Source: Dehalococcoidia bacterium (lineage in GTDB: Bacteria; Chloroflexota; Dehalococcoidia; Plut-88900). Taken from it: a stretch of 64,000 bases of DNA. The translations under genes and the position numbers were made by a program. The stretch is taken from assembly GCA_965197645.1 (NCBI GenBank), contig OZ240219.1, positions 928,001-992,000 on the forward strand. Direction: 5' to 3'. Below are positions 38,820-48,104 of this stretch, one piece after another. Each line of letters starts with the position of its first letter. Positions within the stretch are counted from its first letter, which is position 1. Under the pieces are notes generated by a model, which was not told where the DNA came from, searched no databases, and was given only the letters and a program-made list of their open reading frames with translations.

Positions 38820-39509
38820 ATGAAGCTCCCCGCTAATCTAACGCCGGCAACCTTCATGCGGAGACTGAACCGGTTCGCGGCGATGGTGAGCCTGGGTGGG
38901 ACCGAAACCGTGGTGCACGTGGCCAACTCGGGGCGGTTGAGGGAGCTGTTTACCCCAGGTCGAAGGGTGTACTTGGCGCCGAGGCGGGGAGAACACAGGA
39001 AAACGGCATACGATCTAACCCTGGTCGAAGTCGATGACACACTGGTCTCCTGCGATGCCCGGCTCCCCAACCCGTTGACCGAGGAGGCCGTCCGCAACGG
39101 GACCCTGGCCCCTTTAGCAGGCTATCCCACCATCGAGCGGGAGGTCACGTACGGAGAGAGCCGCCTGGACCTGCGGTTGTCCGGGCCCAACGGCGACTGC
39201 TACGTCGAGACCAAGTCGATCACCCTCGTCGAGGACGGCACGGCCCTGTTCCCCGACGCACCCACCACCCGGGGTACGAAGCATGTACGCAGCCTGGTGA
39301 AGGCGCTGGACGAGGGACACCGGGCCGCCGTGGTGTTCGTGGTACAACGGGAAGATGCGACCAGGTTCTCGCCCCACGAGACGGCCGATGAGGTGTTTGC
39401 GGCGGCGTTGCGCAACGCGGCGGAACGGGGAGTGGAGGTGTACGCCTACGGGTGCAGGGTGGATCTGACTGACATCTCTATCGCCCGAAGGCTGCAGGTA
39501 TGTCTATAA
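38820..39509 (+). CDS. sfsA: DNA/RNA nuclease SfsA
   Basis: RLNRF, HVANSGRL, EVTYGESRLD, YVETKSITL, FPDAPTTRGTKH. Confidence 0.95.
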   Translation: MKLPANLTPATFMRRLNRFAAMVSLGGTETVVHVANSGRLRELFTPGRRVYLAPRRGEHRKTAYDLTLVEVDDTLVSCDARLPNPLTEEAVRNGTLAPLAGYPTIEREVTYGESRLDLRLSGPNGDCYVETKSITLVEDGTALFPDAPTTRGTKHVRSLVKALDEGHRAAVVFVVQREDATRFSPHETADEVFAAALRNAAERGVEVYAYGCRVDLTDISIARRLQVCL

Positions 39510-39530
39510 TGAGGAGACTCTGACAGGGAG

Positions 39531-40769
39531 GTGTCACCGGAAGCCATGAAGCCTGGGCCGTGGAACAAGATCGCCGATGCGGCGATGAGCGTACTGGCCA
39601 AGCAGATAGCCGTGAAAGTGGTCTCTGCGATGCGGATAGGCCGGCTGTACGTCGATTTCCCCGATGGAAGCGCGTCGACCTTTGGACAACCCGGTACCGG
39701 CCTTTCTGCCCACCTTCGGGTCCTGGACGACAGCTTCTTCTCCAAGGCATTGGTGGGTGGCGAGATCGGGTTCTGCGAAGGGTACGTGGACGGGCTGTGG
39801 ACTTCGAACAACCTGCCCGACCTATTCCACCTCGCCATCCTCAACAGAAGATACGTGAACCTCAACCTGAGCTGGGCGAGCTGGCTGTCCCGTATGCGCA
39901 ACCGCAAGCTGCACCTGGACAATCAGAATACCCCTTCCGGCAGCGAAGACAACATTCACGCTCACTACGACCTTAGCAACGACTTCTTCAAGCTCTTCCT
40001 GGACGAATCGATGACCTACTCCTGCGGGGTCTTCCCGACAGAGCAGAGCGCGCTGACCGAGGCCCAGTACAACAAGTACCGGATGATGTGCGACAAGATA
40101 AACATCTCTTCTGGCGACTCGGTGCTGGAGATCGGTACGGGGTGGGGTGGATTCGCCACCTACGCAGCCAAGAACTACGGGTGCAAGGTGACCAGCATCA
40201 CCATCTCGAAGGAGCAGCACGATCTGGCGAAGGAGCGGGTAGATAGGGAGGGGCTGTCATCGCTGGTAGATGTCGAGCTGTGCGACTACCGGGATGTGAC
40301 GGGCCGATTCGACAAGATCGTATCCATAGAGATGTTCGAGGCGGTGGGCGCCGAGTACTTCGCCACCTTCTTTCGCAAGTGCGATAAGGTCCTGCAGCCG
40401 GGCGGACAGATGTGCATGCAGGTCATCACAATCCCCCACCGGTCGTTCCACGCGCATCGGGACGGCTCCAACTGGTTGCAGAAGTACATCTTCCCAGGCG
40501 GGGTGCTGCCCTCGCTGGCAGCCATGGAGGAGGCGGTGGCCTCTACGAGCCTTCTGGTCAGCCACGTGGAGGAGATCGGCAGCCACTATATCAGGACACT
40601 GGCGACCTGGCGGGACCGTTTCCTGGCCAACCTGCCCGCCGTGCGAGACCTGGGCTTCGACGAGCGTTTCATACGAATCTGGGACTGCTACCTGGCCTCG
40701 TGCCAGGGCGCCTTCCGTGCCCGTAGCATCGGCGACGTTCAGATAGTCTTCGATAAGCCCCTACTATGA
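39531..40769 (+). CDS. cfa: Cyclopropane-fatty-acyl-phospholipid synthase family methyltransferase
   Basis: NIHAHYDLSNDFF, MTYSC, LEIGTGWG, DKIVSIEMFEAVG, KYIFPGG; start may be ATG 39546. Confidence 0.88.
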   Translation: MSPEAMKPGPWNKIADAAMSVLAKQIAVKVVSAMRIGRLYVDFPDGSASTFGQPGTGLSAHLRVLDDSFFSKALVGGEIGFCEGYVDGLWTSNNLPDLFHLAILNRRYVNLNLSWASWLSRMRNRKLHLDNQNTPSGSEDNIHAHYDLSNDFFKLFLDESMTYSCGVFPTEQSALTEAQYNKYRMMCDKINISSGDSVLEIGTGWGGFATYAAKNYGCKVTSITISKEQHDLAKERVDREGLSSLVDVELCDYRDVTGRFDKIVSIEMFEAVGAEYFATFFRKCDKVLQPGGQMCMQVITIPHRSFHAHRDGSNWLQKYIFPGGVLPSLAAMEEAVASTSLLVSHVEEIGSHYIRTLATWRDRFLANLPAVRDLGFDERFIRIWDCYLASCQGAFRARSIGDVQIVFDKPLL

Positions 40770-41449
40770 GCGCCGTAGAATCGAAGACTGGGCAGCTGAT
40801 GGAGATCTTCGATCAGCTGTATGAGCGATTCGGGCCCCAGCACTGGTGGCCCGGTGACACCCGGTTCGAGATGATCGTCGGCGCCATCCTGACCCAGTCC
40901 ATCGCTTGGACCGGCGTCGAGGTGGCGATGTCAAAGCTCAGGGAAGCGGGCGCACTGGACCCGGCCTCTCTGAGGGAGATACCCCTGGACGAGCTGGCCG
41001 GGCTTGTGTATGCCTCGGGGTACTACAACGCCAAGGCGAGGAAGATAAAGGCCTTCGTCGAGCACCTCCAGCGTTACGATGACGACCTGGATGCGCTGTT
41101 TTCCCAAGACGCATCGTCACTGCGGGCGGAGCTGCTCTCGATACACGGTGTGGGGGAGGAGACGGCAGACTCCATCATCCTGTATGCGGCCCACAAGCCG
41201 GCCTTCGTCATCGACGCCTATACTCGCCGGATCGTGGACCGGGTGGGCGTGGACGTGAACGGAGAGTCCTACGAGGCCTACCAGAGGCTGTTCACCGACG
41301 AGTTGCCCAGGGACGTCAAGCTGTTCAACGAGTACCACGCCCTCTTCGTGAAGCTGGGCAAGGACTTCTGCAAGACGAAGCCGTTGTGCACGGGGTGTCC
41401 GATTAGCGAGGTCTGCGACTATGGGCGGCGAGCTGCGAGCGGCGGATAG
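40766..41449 (+). CDS. Endonuclease III-related HhH-GPD protein with [4Fe-4S] motif
   Basis: GPQHWWPG, GAILTQ, LLSIHGVGEETADSI, FVIDAYTRR, CKTKPLCTGCPISEVC. Confidence 0.9.
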   Translation: MSAVESKTGQLMEIFDQLYERFGPQHWWPGDTRFEMIVGAILTQSIAWTGVEVAMSKLREAGALDPASLREIPLDELAGLVYASGYYNAKARKIKAFVEHLQRYDDDLDALFSQDASSLRAELLSIHGVGEETADSIILYAAHKPAFVIDAYTRRIVDRVGVDVNGESYEAYQRLFTDELPRDVKLFNEYHALFVKLGKDFCKTKPLCTGCPISEVCDYGRRAASGG

Positions 41450-41479
41450 CGGGACGTGCGCCGCAGGGATGCCGACGGC

Positions 41480-42586
41480 TCAGTTGGCCGGTAGACCCAT
41501 CCGTTGGACATCGTAGCCGCCAAGGGCCTCGACCTGGCGACGGGGTGCGGGCAGGCGGAGGAGGTCGATGAAGGACTGTACTGGGGAGAGGTGGAGGAAG
41601 TGGTCCGGGATGACGAGGTCGTATCGCTCCTCGCCCAGGGGTACGAAGTCCAGGCCCTGGGTCTCGGCCGCGGCCCTGACACCGATACCGGCGTCGGCCA
41701 GGCCCGAGGCTACCACACTAGCCACCGCCAGGTGCCCTTGGGCTATCCGATCGTAGCCGTTGATACTCCCAGCCTGAATGCCTGCTTTGGACGCCAACCG
41801 GTCCAGCAAGGCCCTGCTTCCCGATCCCGGTTCCCGGTTGACGAAGGTCAAATCGGGGCGGGCCAGGTGATCGATGCCGGAGATTCCCCTGGGATTGCCA
41901 TGGGCCACCATGAGGCCTTGCTGTCGCACCGCAAAGGTGATGACGGTGCAGCGGAAGGGGACGAGGCGGTCTACCCAGGGCAGGTTGTACTGGCCGGTGG
42001 CCTCGTCGAAGAGGTGGCAGCCGGCGATGTGGGACGAGCCTTCAACCAGGTGGCGGAGGGCGGCATCGCTGCCCAGGCCCAGCCAGACCAGGTCTATCCC
42101 CCTCTTGGACAGGTCTCGACCGAAGAAGGCTATCGATGGCTCGCCCCCCGCTACTACAAGCTGCTTGCCCCCCTCGATGGGTTGCAGAGGCTCGACCGAT
42201 AGGCGATTGCCCTCACCCCAGCTCTGCGCTATCCCGTCTGCGGCGGCGATGAGGTGCACGGTGGACTGACTACCGACCAAGGGTCTTGCCAGCAGACGTT
42301 CGCCGACGGTGAAGAGCTGCACCCGTGCGGGAAAGGGCAGGTCCGTACTGCCGCCCACCAGGTCTGCGGTCTGTCTGCCGGTGGCGCCCGATAAGGAAAA
42401 AAGAGCCTCGACGGTGGTTTCCAGGGCCAAGGCCAGCTTCAGAGCTACCTCCGTCGACGGCACTGACCTGCCCGATTCTATGGCAGCGTAGGCCTGCCGC
42501 GAGATGCCCGCGGCGCTTGCCAAGGCCTCCTGCGAGAGGCCAGCGGCACGCCTGGAGCGGCCAAGGCTGTTGTCAAGGCTAGGCAT
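41480..42586 (-). CDS. XRE-type HTH regulator fused to a molybdate/tungstate PBP-like domain
   Basis: N-terminal LSQEALASAAGISRQAYAAIESG..PS; C-terminal GS.AAL..HIAGCHL, RQQGLMV..GNP, FVNREPGSGSR, EERYDLV. Confidence 0.85.
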   Translation of the reverse strand: MPSLDNSLGRSRRAAGLSQEALASAAGISRQAYAAIESGRSVPSTEVALKLALALETTVEALFSLSGATGRQTADLVGGSTDLPFPARVQLFTVGERLLARPLVGSQSTVHLIAAADGIAQSWGEGNRLSVEPLQPIEGGKQLVVAGGEPSIAFFGRDLSKRGIDLVWLGLGSDAALRHLVEGSSHIAGCHLFDEATGQYNLPWVDRLVPFRCTVITFAVRQQGLMVAHGNPRGISGIDHLARPDLTFVNREPGSGSRALLDRLASKAGIQAGSINGYDRIAQGHLAVASVVASGLADAGIGVRAAAETQGLDFVPLGEERYDLVIPDHFLHLSPVQSFIDLLRLPAPRRQVEALGGYDVQRMGLPAN

Positions 42587-42657
42587 CTTGATCGCTTGAA
42601 GAAAGGACTCGATTTACCTTGAGTGATGGTTTTCCAATATACACTCTACTTTGCATA

Positions 42658-42687
42658 TTGACAAGTATACCTGTCCATTACTAGTAT
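42658..42687 (+). promoter_or_regulatory. tupABC promoter with overlapping palindromic operator
   Basis: TTGACA (42658-42663), 18 bp spacer, TAGTAT; GACAAGTATACCTGTC (42660-42675) is a near-perfect palindrome. Confidence 0.6.
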
Positions 42688-42721
42688 AGTCAGGCCGTTT
42701 CACGATGGAGGCGAAGATCGG

Positions 42722-43555
42722 GTGTACCGGAAGCTGGGAAGCCTGTCCGCCGTGTGGGCGCTGGTCGCTGCCCTGGCGTTCGGCGGGTGCGCCCTGTGGC
42801 CCGAACGATCGCTGGTGCTGGCGACCACCACCAGCACCTACGACTCGGGCCTACTCGATGCCGTCCTGCCCGCATTCGAGGAGGAGCATAACGTAAAGGT
42901 CGGTGTAGTCGCCGTTGGGACCGGCCAGGCGCTGGCGTTGGCGGCCCGAGGGGACGCAGACGTGGTCCTGGTTCATGCCCCTGACCGGGAGATCGAATTT
43001 GTAAGTGAGGGATTCGGGGTCGACAGGCGCTACGTCATGTACAACGACTTCGTGATCCTCGGACCGGAGGAGGACCCGGCCGGCATCCGGGGCTTGGACA
43101 ACGCCGTGGAAGCGTTCCGACGGATCTCGGCCACGGAGTCCACTTTCGTGTCCAGAGGGGACGAATCGGGGACGCACATCAAGGAGGTGTCGCTATGGGT
43201 TTCGGCGGGGGTCAGCGACCTCGATAGCCGGGAGTGGCACCTGTCGGTAGGGCAGGGCATGGGAGGTACGCTGACCACGGCAAACGAAAAGGGGGCCTAC
43301 ACCCTCTCGGACCGGGGTACTTTTCTGGCCAGGGAGAATCTGGACCTGGTGATACTGGCCCAGGGAGACGAGGTGCTGTTCAACCCATACCACGTGATGA
43401 TGGTCAACCCGGAGAAGTTCCTCAACGTGCAGTCGGAGCTGGCGACCTTGTTCATCGAGTTCTTGTTAATGCCGGAAACCCAGATGGAGATTGGGGAGTT
43501 CGGTATGGAGGAGTACGGCCAGGGACTGTTTACGCCGGTGAACCTGGAGGAGTGA
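42722..43555 (+). CDS. tupA: Tungstate ABC transporter substrate-binding lipoprotein
   Basis: LATTTSTYDSGLL, AVGTGQAL, MYNDFV, FVSRGDESGTH, YTLSDRGT. Confidence 0.92.
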   Translation: MYRKLGSLSAVWALVAALAFGGCALWPERSLVLATTTSTYDSGLLDAVLPAFEEEHNVKVGVVAVGTGQALALAARGDADVVLVHAPDREIEFVSEGFGVDRRYVMYNDFVILGPEEDPAGIRGLDNAVEAFRRISATESTFVSRGDESGTHIKEVSLWVSAGVSDLDSREWHLSVGQGMGGTLTTANEKGAYTLSDRGTFLARENLDLVILAQGDEVLFNPYHVMMVNPEKFLNVQSELATLFIEFLLMPETQMEIGEFGMEEYGQGLFTPVNLEE

Positions 43556-43594
43556 TGAAGAAGGTCACGGTGAATAACCCAAGCGGGAAACGCC

Positions 43595-44293
43595 ATGGAT
43601 GAGATAGCGTCCGGGATAGTCCAGGCGTTCAAGCTGATCGGGAATCTGGACCCGGAAGTCAGAAGCATAGCGCTGTTCTCGCTCGAGGTGTCGGGTGTGG
43701 CGTTGGTTCTGGCCGCCTTGGCCGGCATCCCCTACGGAGTTTGGCTGGCCTTCGCCAGGTTTCCCGGCCGCAGGATACTCATCGGGCTCACCTATGCCGG
43801 CATGGCCTTCCCGACGGTGGTAGTCGGCCTGGTGGTCTTCCTCTCCCTCTCCCACAACGGCCCATTGGGGGTCCTGAACTGGCTTTTCACCCCCATGGCG
43901 ATCATCGTGGCCCAGTTCATCATAGCCTTTCCCGTTATCTCCAGCCTGACGGTAACCGCCATACTGGGTATCGATCCCGGGATGCGGCAGCAGCTGCGCA
44001 GCCTGGGCGCTACGAGGTGGCAGACATCCATCGCCCTACTCATGGAGGCCCGCCTGGCGATGATAGTTGCGCTGGCCGCGGCCTTCGGCAGGGTCATTAC
44101 CGAGGTCGGAGCGGTGATAATAGTGGGAGGCAACATCGCCGGGAACACCAGGGTACTCACAACGGCCATAGTGCTGGAGACCCGAAAAGGCGCCTTCGAT
44201 GCCGCCATTGCCCTGGGAATCATCCTGCTGCTGATATCGTTCACCATCAACGTCCTGGCCACCCGCCTCCAGGGAAGGGCGCTGAGCAGATGA
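43595..44293 (+). CDS. tupB: Tungstate ABC transporter permease
   Basis: PTVVVGL, GPLG, FGRVITEVGAVIIVGGNI..TRVLTTAIVLET. Confidence 0.92.
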   Translation: MDEIASGIVQAFKLIGNLDPEVRSIALFSLEVSGVALVLAALAGIPYGVWLAFARFPGRRILIGLTYAGMAFPTVVVGLVVFLSLSHNGPLGVLNWLFTPMAIIVAQFIIAFPVISSLTVTAILGIDPGMRQQLRSLGATRWQTSIALLMEARLAMIVALAAAFGRVITEVGAVIIVGGNIAGNTRVLTTAIVLETRKGAFDAAIALGIILLLISFTINVLATRLQGRALSR

Positions 44294-45021
44294 CCGAGCC
44301 TCTGTTCACCCTGTCCAACCTGGTCAAGCGGTACGGCGAGCGGGAGGCGTGCCACGTAGATAGCCTGGAGATCCGCCGGGGGGAGGTCCTGGGTATCATC
44401 GGCCCCAGCGGCTCGGGAAAGAGCACGCTGCTGAGGATGCTGAACCTGTTGGAAGTCCCCACCTCCGGGAGCCTGGTTTTCGATGGGCGCCGCCTGACCG
44501 ATCCTTCTTCAGCCCCCCTTTCGACTCGAAGAAGGATGACCATGGTGTTTCAAAACCCGGTCCTCTTCAACACATCGGTGCTCGACAACGTGGCCTTCGG
44601 CCTGAAGCTGAGGGGTAAGAAGAACGCCAGAGAGGAGGCGGAATCGCTGCTGGACCGTCTCGGGCTGATGGGCCTCGCCAGAGAGCACGCCTCCACGCTG
44701 TCGTACGGCGAGGCCCAGAGGGTGGCCCTCGCCCGGGCGATGGTACTCCAGACGGAGGTGCTGTTCCTGGACGAGCCCACCGCCAACCTGGACCCCTACA
44801 ACGTCGGCCTGATAGAGGACATGCTGGAATCGGTGAACAGAGAGCTGAACACGACCGTGGTGCTGGTCACCCACAACGTGTTCCAGGCGAGGCGGGTGGC
44901 CCATCGAGTAGCGCTGTTGCTGGATGGCAGGGTTGTGGAGGCGGGACTCACGGAGGAGATATTCACCCGGTCCCGAGACCCCAGAACGGAGGCCTTCATC
45001 CGGGGAGAGATGGTGTACTAG
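44290..45021 (+). CDS. tupC: Tungstate ABC transporter ATP-binding protein
   Basis: ATG overlaps the tupB stop (ATGA); GPSGSGKST, LSYGEAQR, LDEPT, VTH. Confidence 0.9.
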   Translation: MTEPLFTLSNLVKRYGEREACHVDSLEIRRGEVLGIIGPSGSGKSTLLRMLNLLEVPTSGSLVFDGRRLTDPSSAPLSTRRRMTMVFQNPVLFNTSVLDNVAFGLKLRGKKNAREEAESLLDRLGLMGLAREHASTLSYGEAQRVALARAMVLQTEVLFLDEPTANLDPYNVGLIEDMLESVNRELNTTVVLVTHNVFQARRVAHRVALLLDGRVVEAGLTEEIFTRSRDPRTEAFIRGEMVY

Positions 45022-45550
45022 GGTCCCCCTGTCTCGGTGTCAGGTCCTCGTTGGAGACGGTGATGGCGTCGCCCAGGTGGGGTGCAAAGAGGGTCCGGTA
45101 ACGGCTCACCTGATGGTCCGGGTCATCCCTATCGTCCAGCTGCACCTCCACCTCGAATATCCTGCCCACGTCCTGGACCTCATCCAGGTTGAATAGGGTG
45201 TTGCCCTTCCGCCACTGTTCTCTACGCTTTCTGACGATGGTCCTTACTCCCAGGGCGATGTCCAGGACCTGCTTGACGCTTCGATCTCGCACCGGAAAGA
45301 GCTGAAATCTGGAGGTCCTGAGGCCGGACTGGTGCTTATCGTAGTAGTAGACCAGGTAGGTGCTCCGGCGCTCCACCCGCAGTTTCAAACGGCGGGTGCC
45401 GAGGGAGTCGTTCGCCCTGGGTAGATTGTAGAAATAATCGACCTGCTTGCGGCGGCCGAGGCTCTCGGCCCCGATGTCCCTGAGTATCTTGCGGATGGGT
45501 CGGAAATTGGGGCAGAAGTGTTTGATCTCCCTGTTAAGCCTGAAGTCCAT
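44996..45550 (-). CDS. CYTH-domain protein (class IV adenylate cyclase-like)
   Basis: REIK, QVDYFY, RLKLR, VRKRREQW, LDEVQDVGRIFEVEV; overlaps the tupC 3' end by 26 nt. Confidence 0.8.
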   Translation of the reverse strand: MDFRLNREIKHFCPNFRPIRKILRDIGAESLGRRKQVDYFYNLPRANDSLGTRRLKLRVERRSTYLVYYYDKHQSGLRTSRFQLFPVRDRSVKQVLDIALGVRTIVRKRREQWRKGNTLFNLDEVQDVGRIFEVEVQLDDRDDPDHQVSRYRTLFAPHLGDAITVSNEDLTPRQGDPSTPSLPG

Positions 45551-45571
45551 ACGCTCAGTGGGGGTTGGAGG

Positions 45572-46981
45572 CTAGCGGGGGGACCAGAAAGCGAGACGGC
45601 CGGAGGCGATGGCAGTGGGAGGAGCGCTTCCGTCGACGGGCAGCACCCATACCTGGTCCTCGTTGGAGCCGTTGGTACGGACGGACCTGCCGACGTATAC
45701 CAGGTGCTCACTATCGGGTGACCAGATGCGGTTGGACTGGGAGTACTGGTCGAAGAACGCGAAGAGGCTGAGAAGCATCTCGCTGCCGGGTATGAAATTG
45801 GTGAGCTTGGTCGATGACTTGCCATCCCTGTCCACCACGTGCCAGGCCAGGGACAGATCCAACCGGTCCACGGCGACGTAGGCTATCTTCTCCCCGTCCG
45901 GCGACCAGAAGAAGGACACCACCTCCTCCTCGCTGACCCTGCGGGACTCGCCCGTATCGGCATCGAAGATATTCAGGCCGTTGTAGGTGAAAACGCCCAG
46001 GTCGGTGTTGGGTGTGATGGAGGTATAGGCCAGCTCGTTGGCTGTGGGAGACCAGGCAAAGGCCGAGAGGCCCCTCAGGGTTGTAACGGTGACCTCGTTG
46101 CTGCCTCGGAAGTTGGAGATCTGGAGGGTCTCTACGTTGTTCACCTGGTCAGTGAAAGCAATGGTCTGGCTGTCATAGGACCAGGAGGGCGCCCGAAATG
46201 CCAGGGAGTGCACCGGCAGAGGGGACGAGGGTACCTCAAAGCTGCCGTCCACCAGGCCGAGACCTCGTCCCAGGTGGTGCAGTATGTACTTGCTATCGGG
46301 GGACCAGGAGAGATAAGAAGGGGCGCCCACGGCTATGGCGTGGGGCGGTTGGGCGCCTTCCGCATCGATCACCAGCAAGACCAGGGTCTCCAACGTCGGG
46401 GCCAGGAAGGCGATGTTCCGGCTGTCCGGAGACCAGAGGATATAGTGAGGGCTTCGATTGGCGACAAACCGGCCGGCCGCATCCGGCTGGTTCTCAAACA
46501 CCGTCTTGGGTAGGCCCCCCTCTACATCGACGAGGTAGAGGGATCCGATAGGCTCCTCTATGACCTCGAACCCACTGTAGGCGATTTGGGTGCTATCCGG
46601 CGACCAGGTAGGCCAGTTGTAGATCATCTCTCGGTCGGAAGGACCGGTCTCGTCCGCAATGGGGAAGGTCAGCTTCTGCTCATCGGTGCCGTCGGGGCGA
46701 ATAGTGTAGATGTTGGAATCGATTCCTACGTAGGCGATGAGGTCCACCACGTTGCTTACCTCCGGGGCGGCTGTTTCAAGAGTGGGCGCGGGCGCTTCCT
46801 GGGTGGGTTCCGGCGACGGGACAGGGGTGTCTTCGACGGAGTCCCGCCTGCAACCGACGGCCAGCAGAGCTACTATCAGGACTATCGCCGTCCACCGGAC
46901 TATGCTCCGGGTGGAAATGGCTCCGGCCACGTTACCGGTCTTTCTAGCGGCAGACGAGCTAATCGCCGGCCAAATGGACAA
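45572..46981 (-). CDS. TolB-like (PD40) beta-propeller lipoprotein
   Basis: Lipobox LAVGC, Pro/Thr linker, repeated WSPDS/WSPDG motifs; start uncertain. Confidence 0.82.
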   Translation of the reverse strand: MSIWPAISSSAARKTGNVAGAISTRSIVRWTAIVLIVALLAVGCRRDSVEDTPVPSPEPTQEAPAPTLETAAPEVSNVVDLIAYVGIDSNIYTIRPDGTDEQKLTFPIADETGPSDREMIYNWPTWSPDSTQIAYSGFEVIEEPIGSLYLVDVEGGLPKTVFENQPDAAGRFVANRSPHYILWSPDSRNIAFLAPTLETLVLLVIDAEGAQPPHAIAVGAPSYLSWSPDSKYILHHLGRGLGLVDGSFEVPSSPLPVHSLAFRAPSWSYDSQTIAFTDQVNNVETLQISNFRGSNEVTVTTLRGLSAFAWSPTANELAYTSITPNTDLGVFTYNGLNIFDADTGESRRVSEEEVVSFFWSPDGEKIAYVAVDRLDLSLAWHVVDRDGKSSTKLTNFIPGSEMLLSLFAFFDQYSQSNRIWSPDSEHLVYVGRSVRTNGSNEDQVWVLPVDGSAPPTAIASGRLAFWSPR

Positions 46982-47065
46982 CTACGTCTCTACGGCCTTC
47001 GGGTTTCAGGTTGGGTCTCGCAGTGTCGACCATTTCGATCTGTATAGGAGGGATGTCTCCCAGTC

Positions 47066-47887
47066 CTACAGCGCCTCCCAATCGACCTCGTCCAGCCCGA
47101 ACCTGGGGCCTTCCGTGCATATCTTCTTCATCCCACTCAATGTTGGTATGGAGCACCCGAAGCATATCCCGAATCCACAGGCCATGCGCACCTCGAGAAG
47201 AATCTGCGTCCGGTCTTCGATCTTCGCATCTCTGCAGACGGGCAGGGCCGACTTATACATGGGCACCGGTCCGCACAGGAACAGCTGGTCGGCGTTCTCC
47301 AGGTAGGGCGAAAGGTGCGCGGTGACCAGGCCCTGCTTGCCAACGGAACCGTCTTCGGTTACCGGGACGTACTCCAGCTCGGGCTGGATCAACTCTTCAG
47401 GGTAGAGGGCTGCCTCGTTTCTGCCTGCAGACAGAAGAGTTACGTGGATTTCGGAGGCTAGAGCCTCGTCGGCCAGGGCTATGAGAGGGGCTATACCGGT
47501 GCCGCCCCCGGCCAGCACTATCCGCTTCGTTCCGGGGTGTATCTCGAACCCCTTGCCCAGCGGGCCCAGGACCCGGATGTCCTCGCCCACCTCACGCTCG
47601 CCGAGCCAGCTTCTGGCCAGCCCGTCGGCGTTGAACAACAGAGAGATCGAAGTCGGCGTGACCCACTCCGGGTGTTCCCCGTCCTTCTGCCTTTCGAGGA
47701 CCTTGGGACCGTACTGGCAAACGGTGAAGGCCCGGGGCAGCAGAGGATCCGAGCCGTTACCGCAGGCGATCATGACGAACTCGCCGGCCCAAGCGCTCGC
47801 GGCGATGTGAGGCGCATCGACCCAGAAGCAACAGGTGTTGGGGCCTACCATCTGCTTGGACAGGATTTTGGACTTGCGGTCTTCCAT
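47066..47887 (-). CDS. pyrK: Dihydroorotate dehydrogenase electron transfer subunit
   Basis: GPLGKGF, GGGTGIAPL, TEDGSVG, CGPVPM, MACGFGICFGC..ICTEGP [2Fe-2S] motif; pyr context. Confidence 0.88.
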   Translation of the reverse strand: MEDRKSKILSKQMVGPNTCCFWVDAPHIAASAWAGEFVMIACGNGSDPLLPRAFTVCQYGPKVLERQKDGEHPEWVTPTSISLLFNADGLARSWLGEREVGEDIRVLGPLGKGFEIHPGTKRIVLAGGGTGIAPLIALADEALASEIHVTLLSAGRNEAALYPEELIQPELEYVPVTEDGSVGKQGLVTAHLSPYLENADQLFLCGPVPMYKSALPVCRDAKIEDRTQILLEVRMACGFGICFGCSIPTLSGMKKICTEGPRFGLDEVDWEAL

Positions 47888-48104
47888 GAGTGCTCGGCAC
47901 TGAGTTACATCGCGAGACTGACTGATTATATCGCGAGAACGCAGGACGCGCTCGGAACCGGGAAACTGGCGGTGCTTGGGTAGGCCTGCTCAGATGCTCG
48001 CCACCAAGGGGACCGGTCACCGTAGACCGGATTCCCGGATGAGCTATAGGACCCCGGAGCCTGTCCCCGCTCCCGTCATCGAGCGGGTGAATAGACGGAT
48101 CGGA

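Noticed and set aside
43741-44289. Apparent N-terminal extensions of TupC (also IlvN 25121, PanC 61511, IlvB 26257) suggesting fusions
   Set aside because: They overlap neighbouring genes or leaders in another frame; better starts exist at the conserved N-termini
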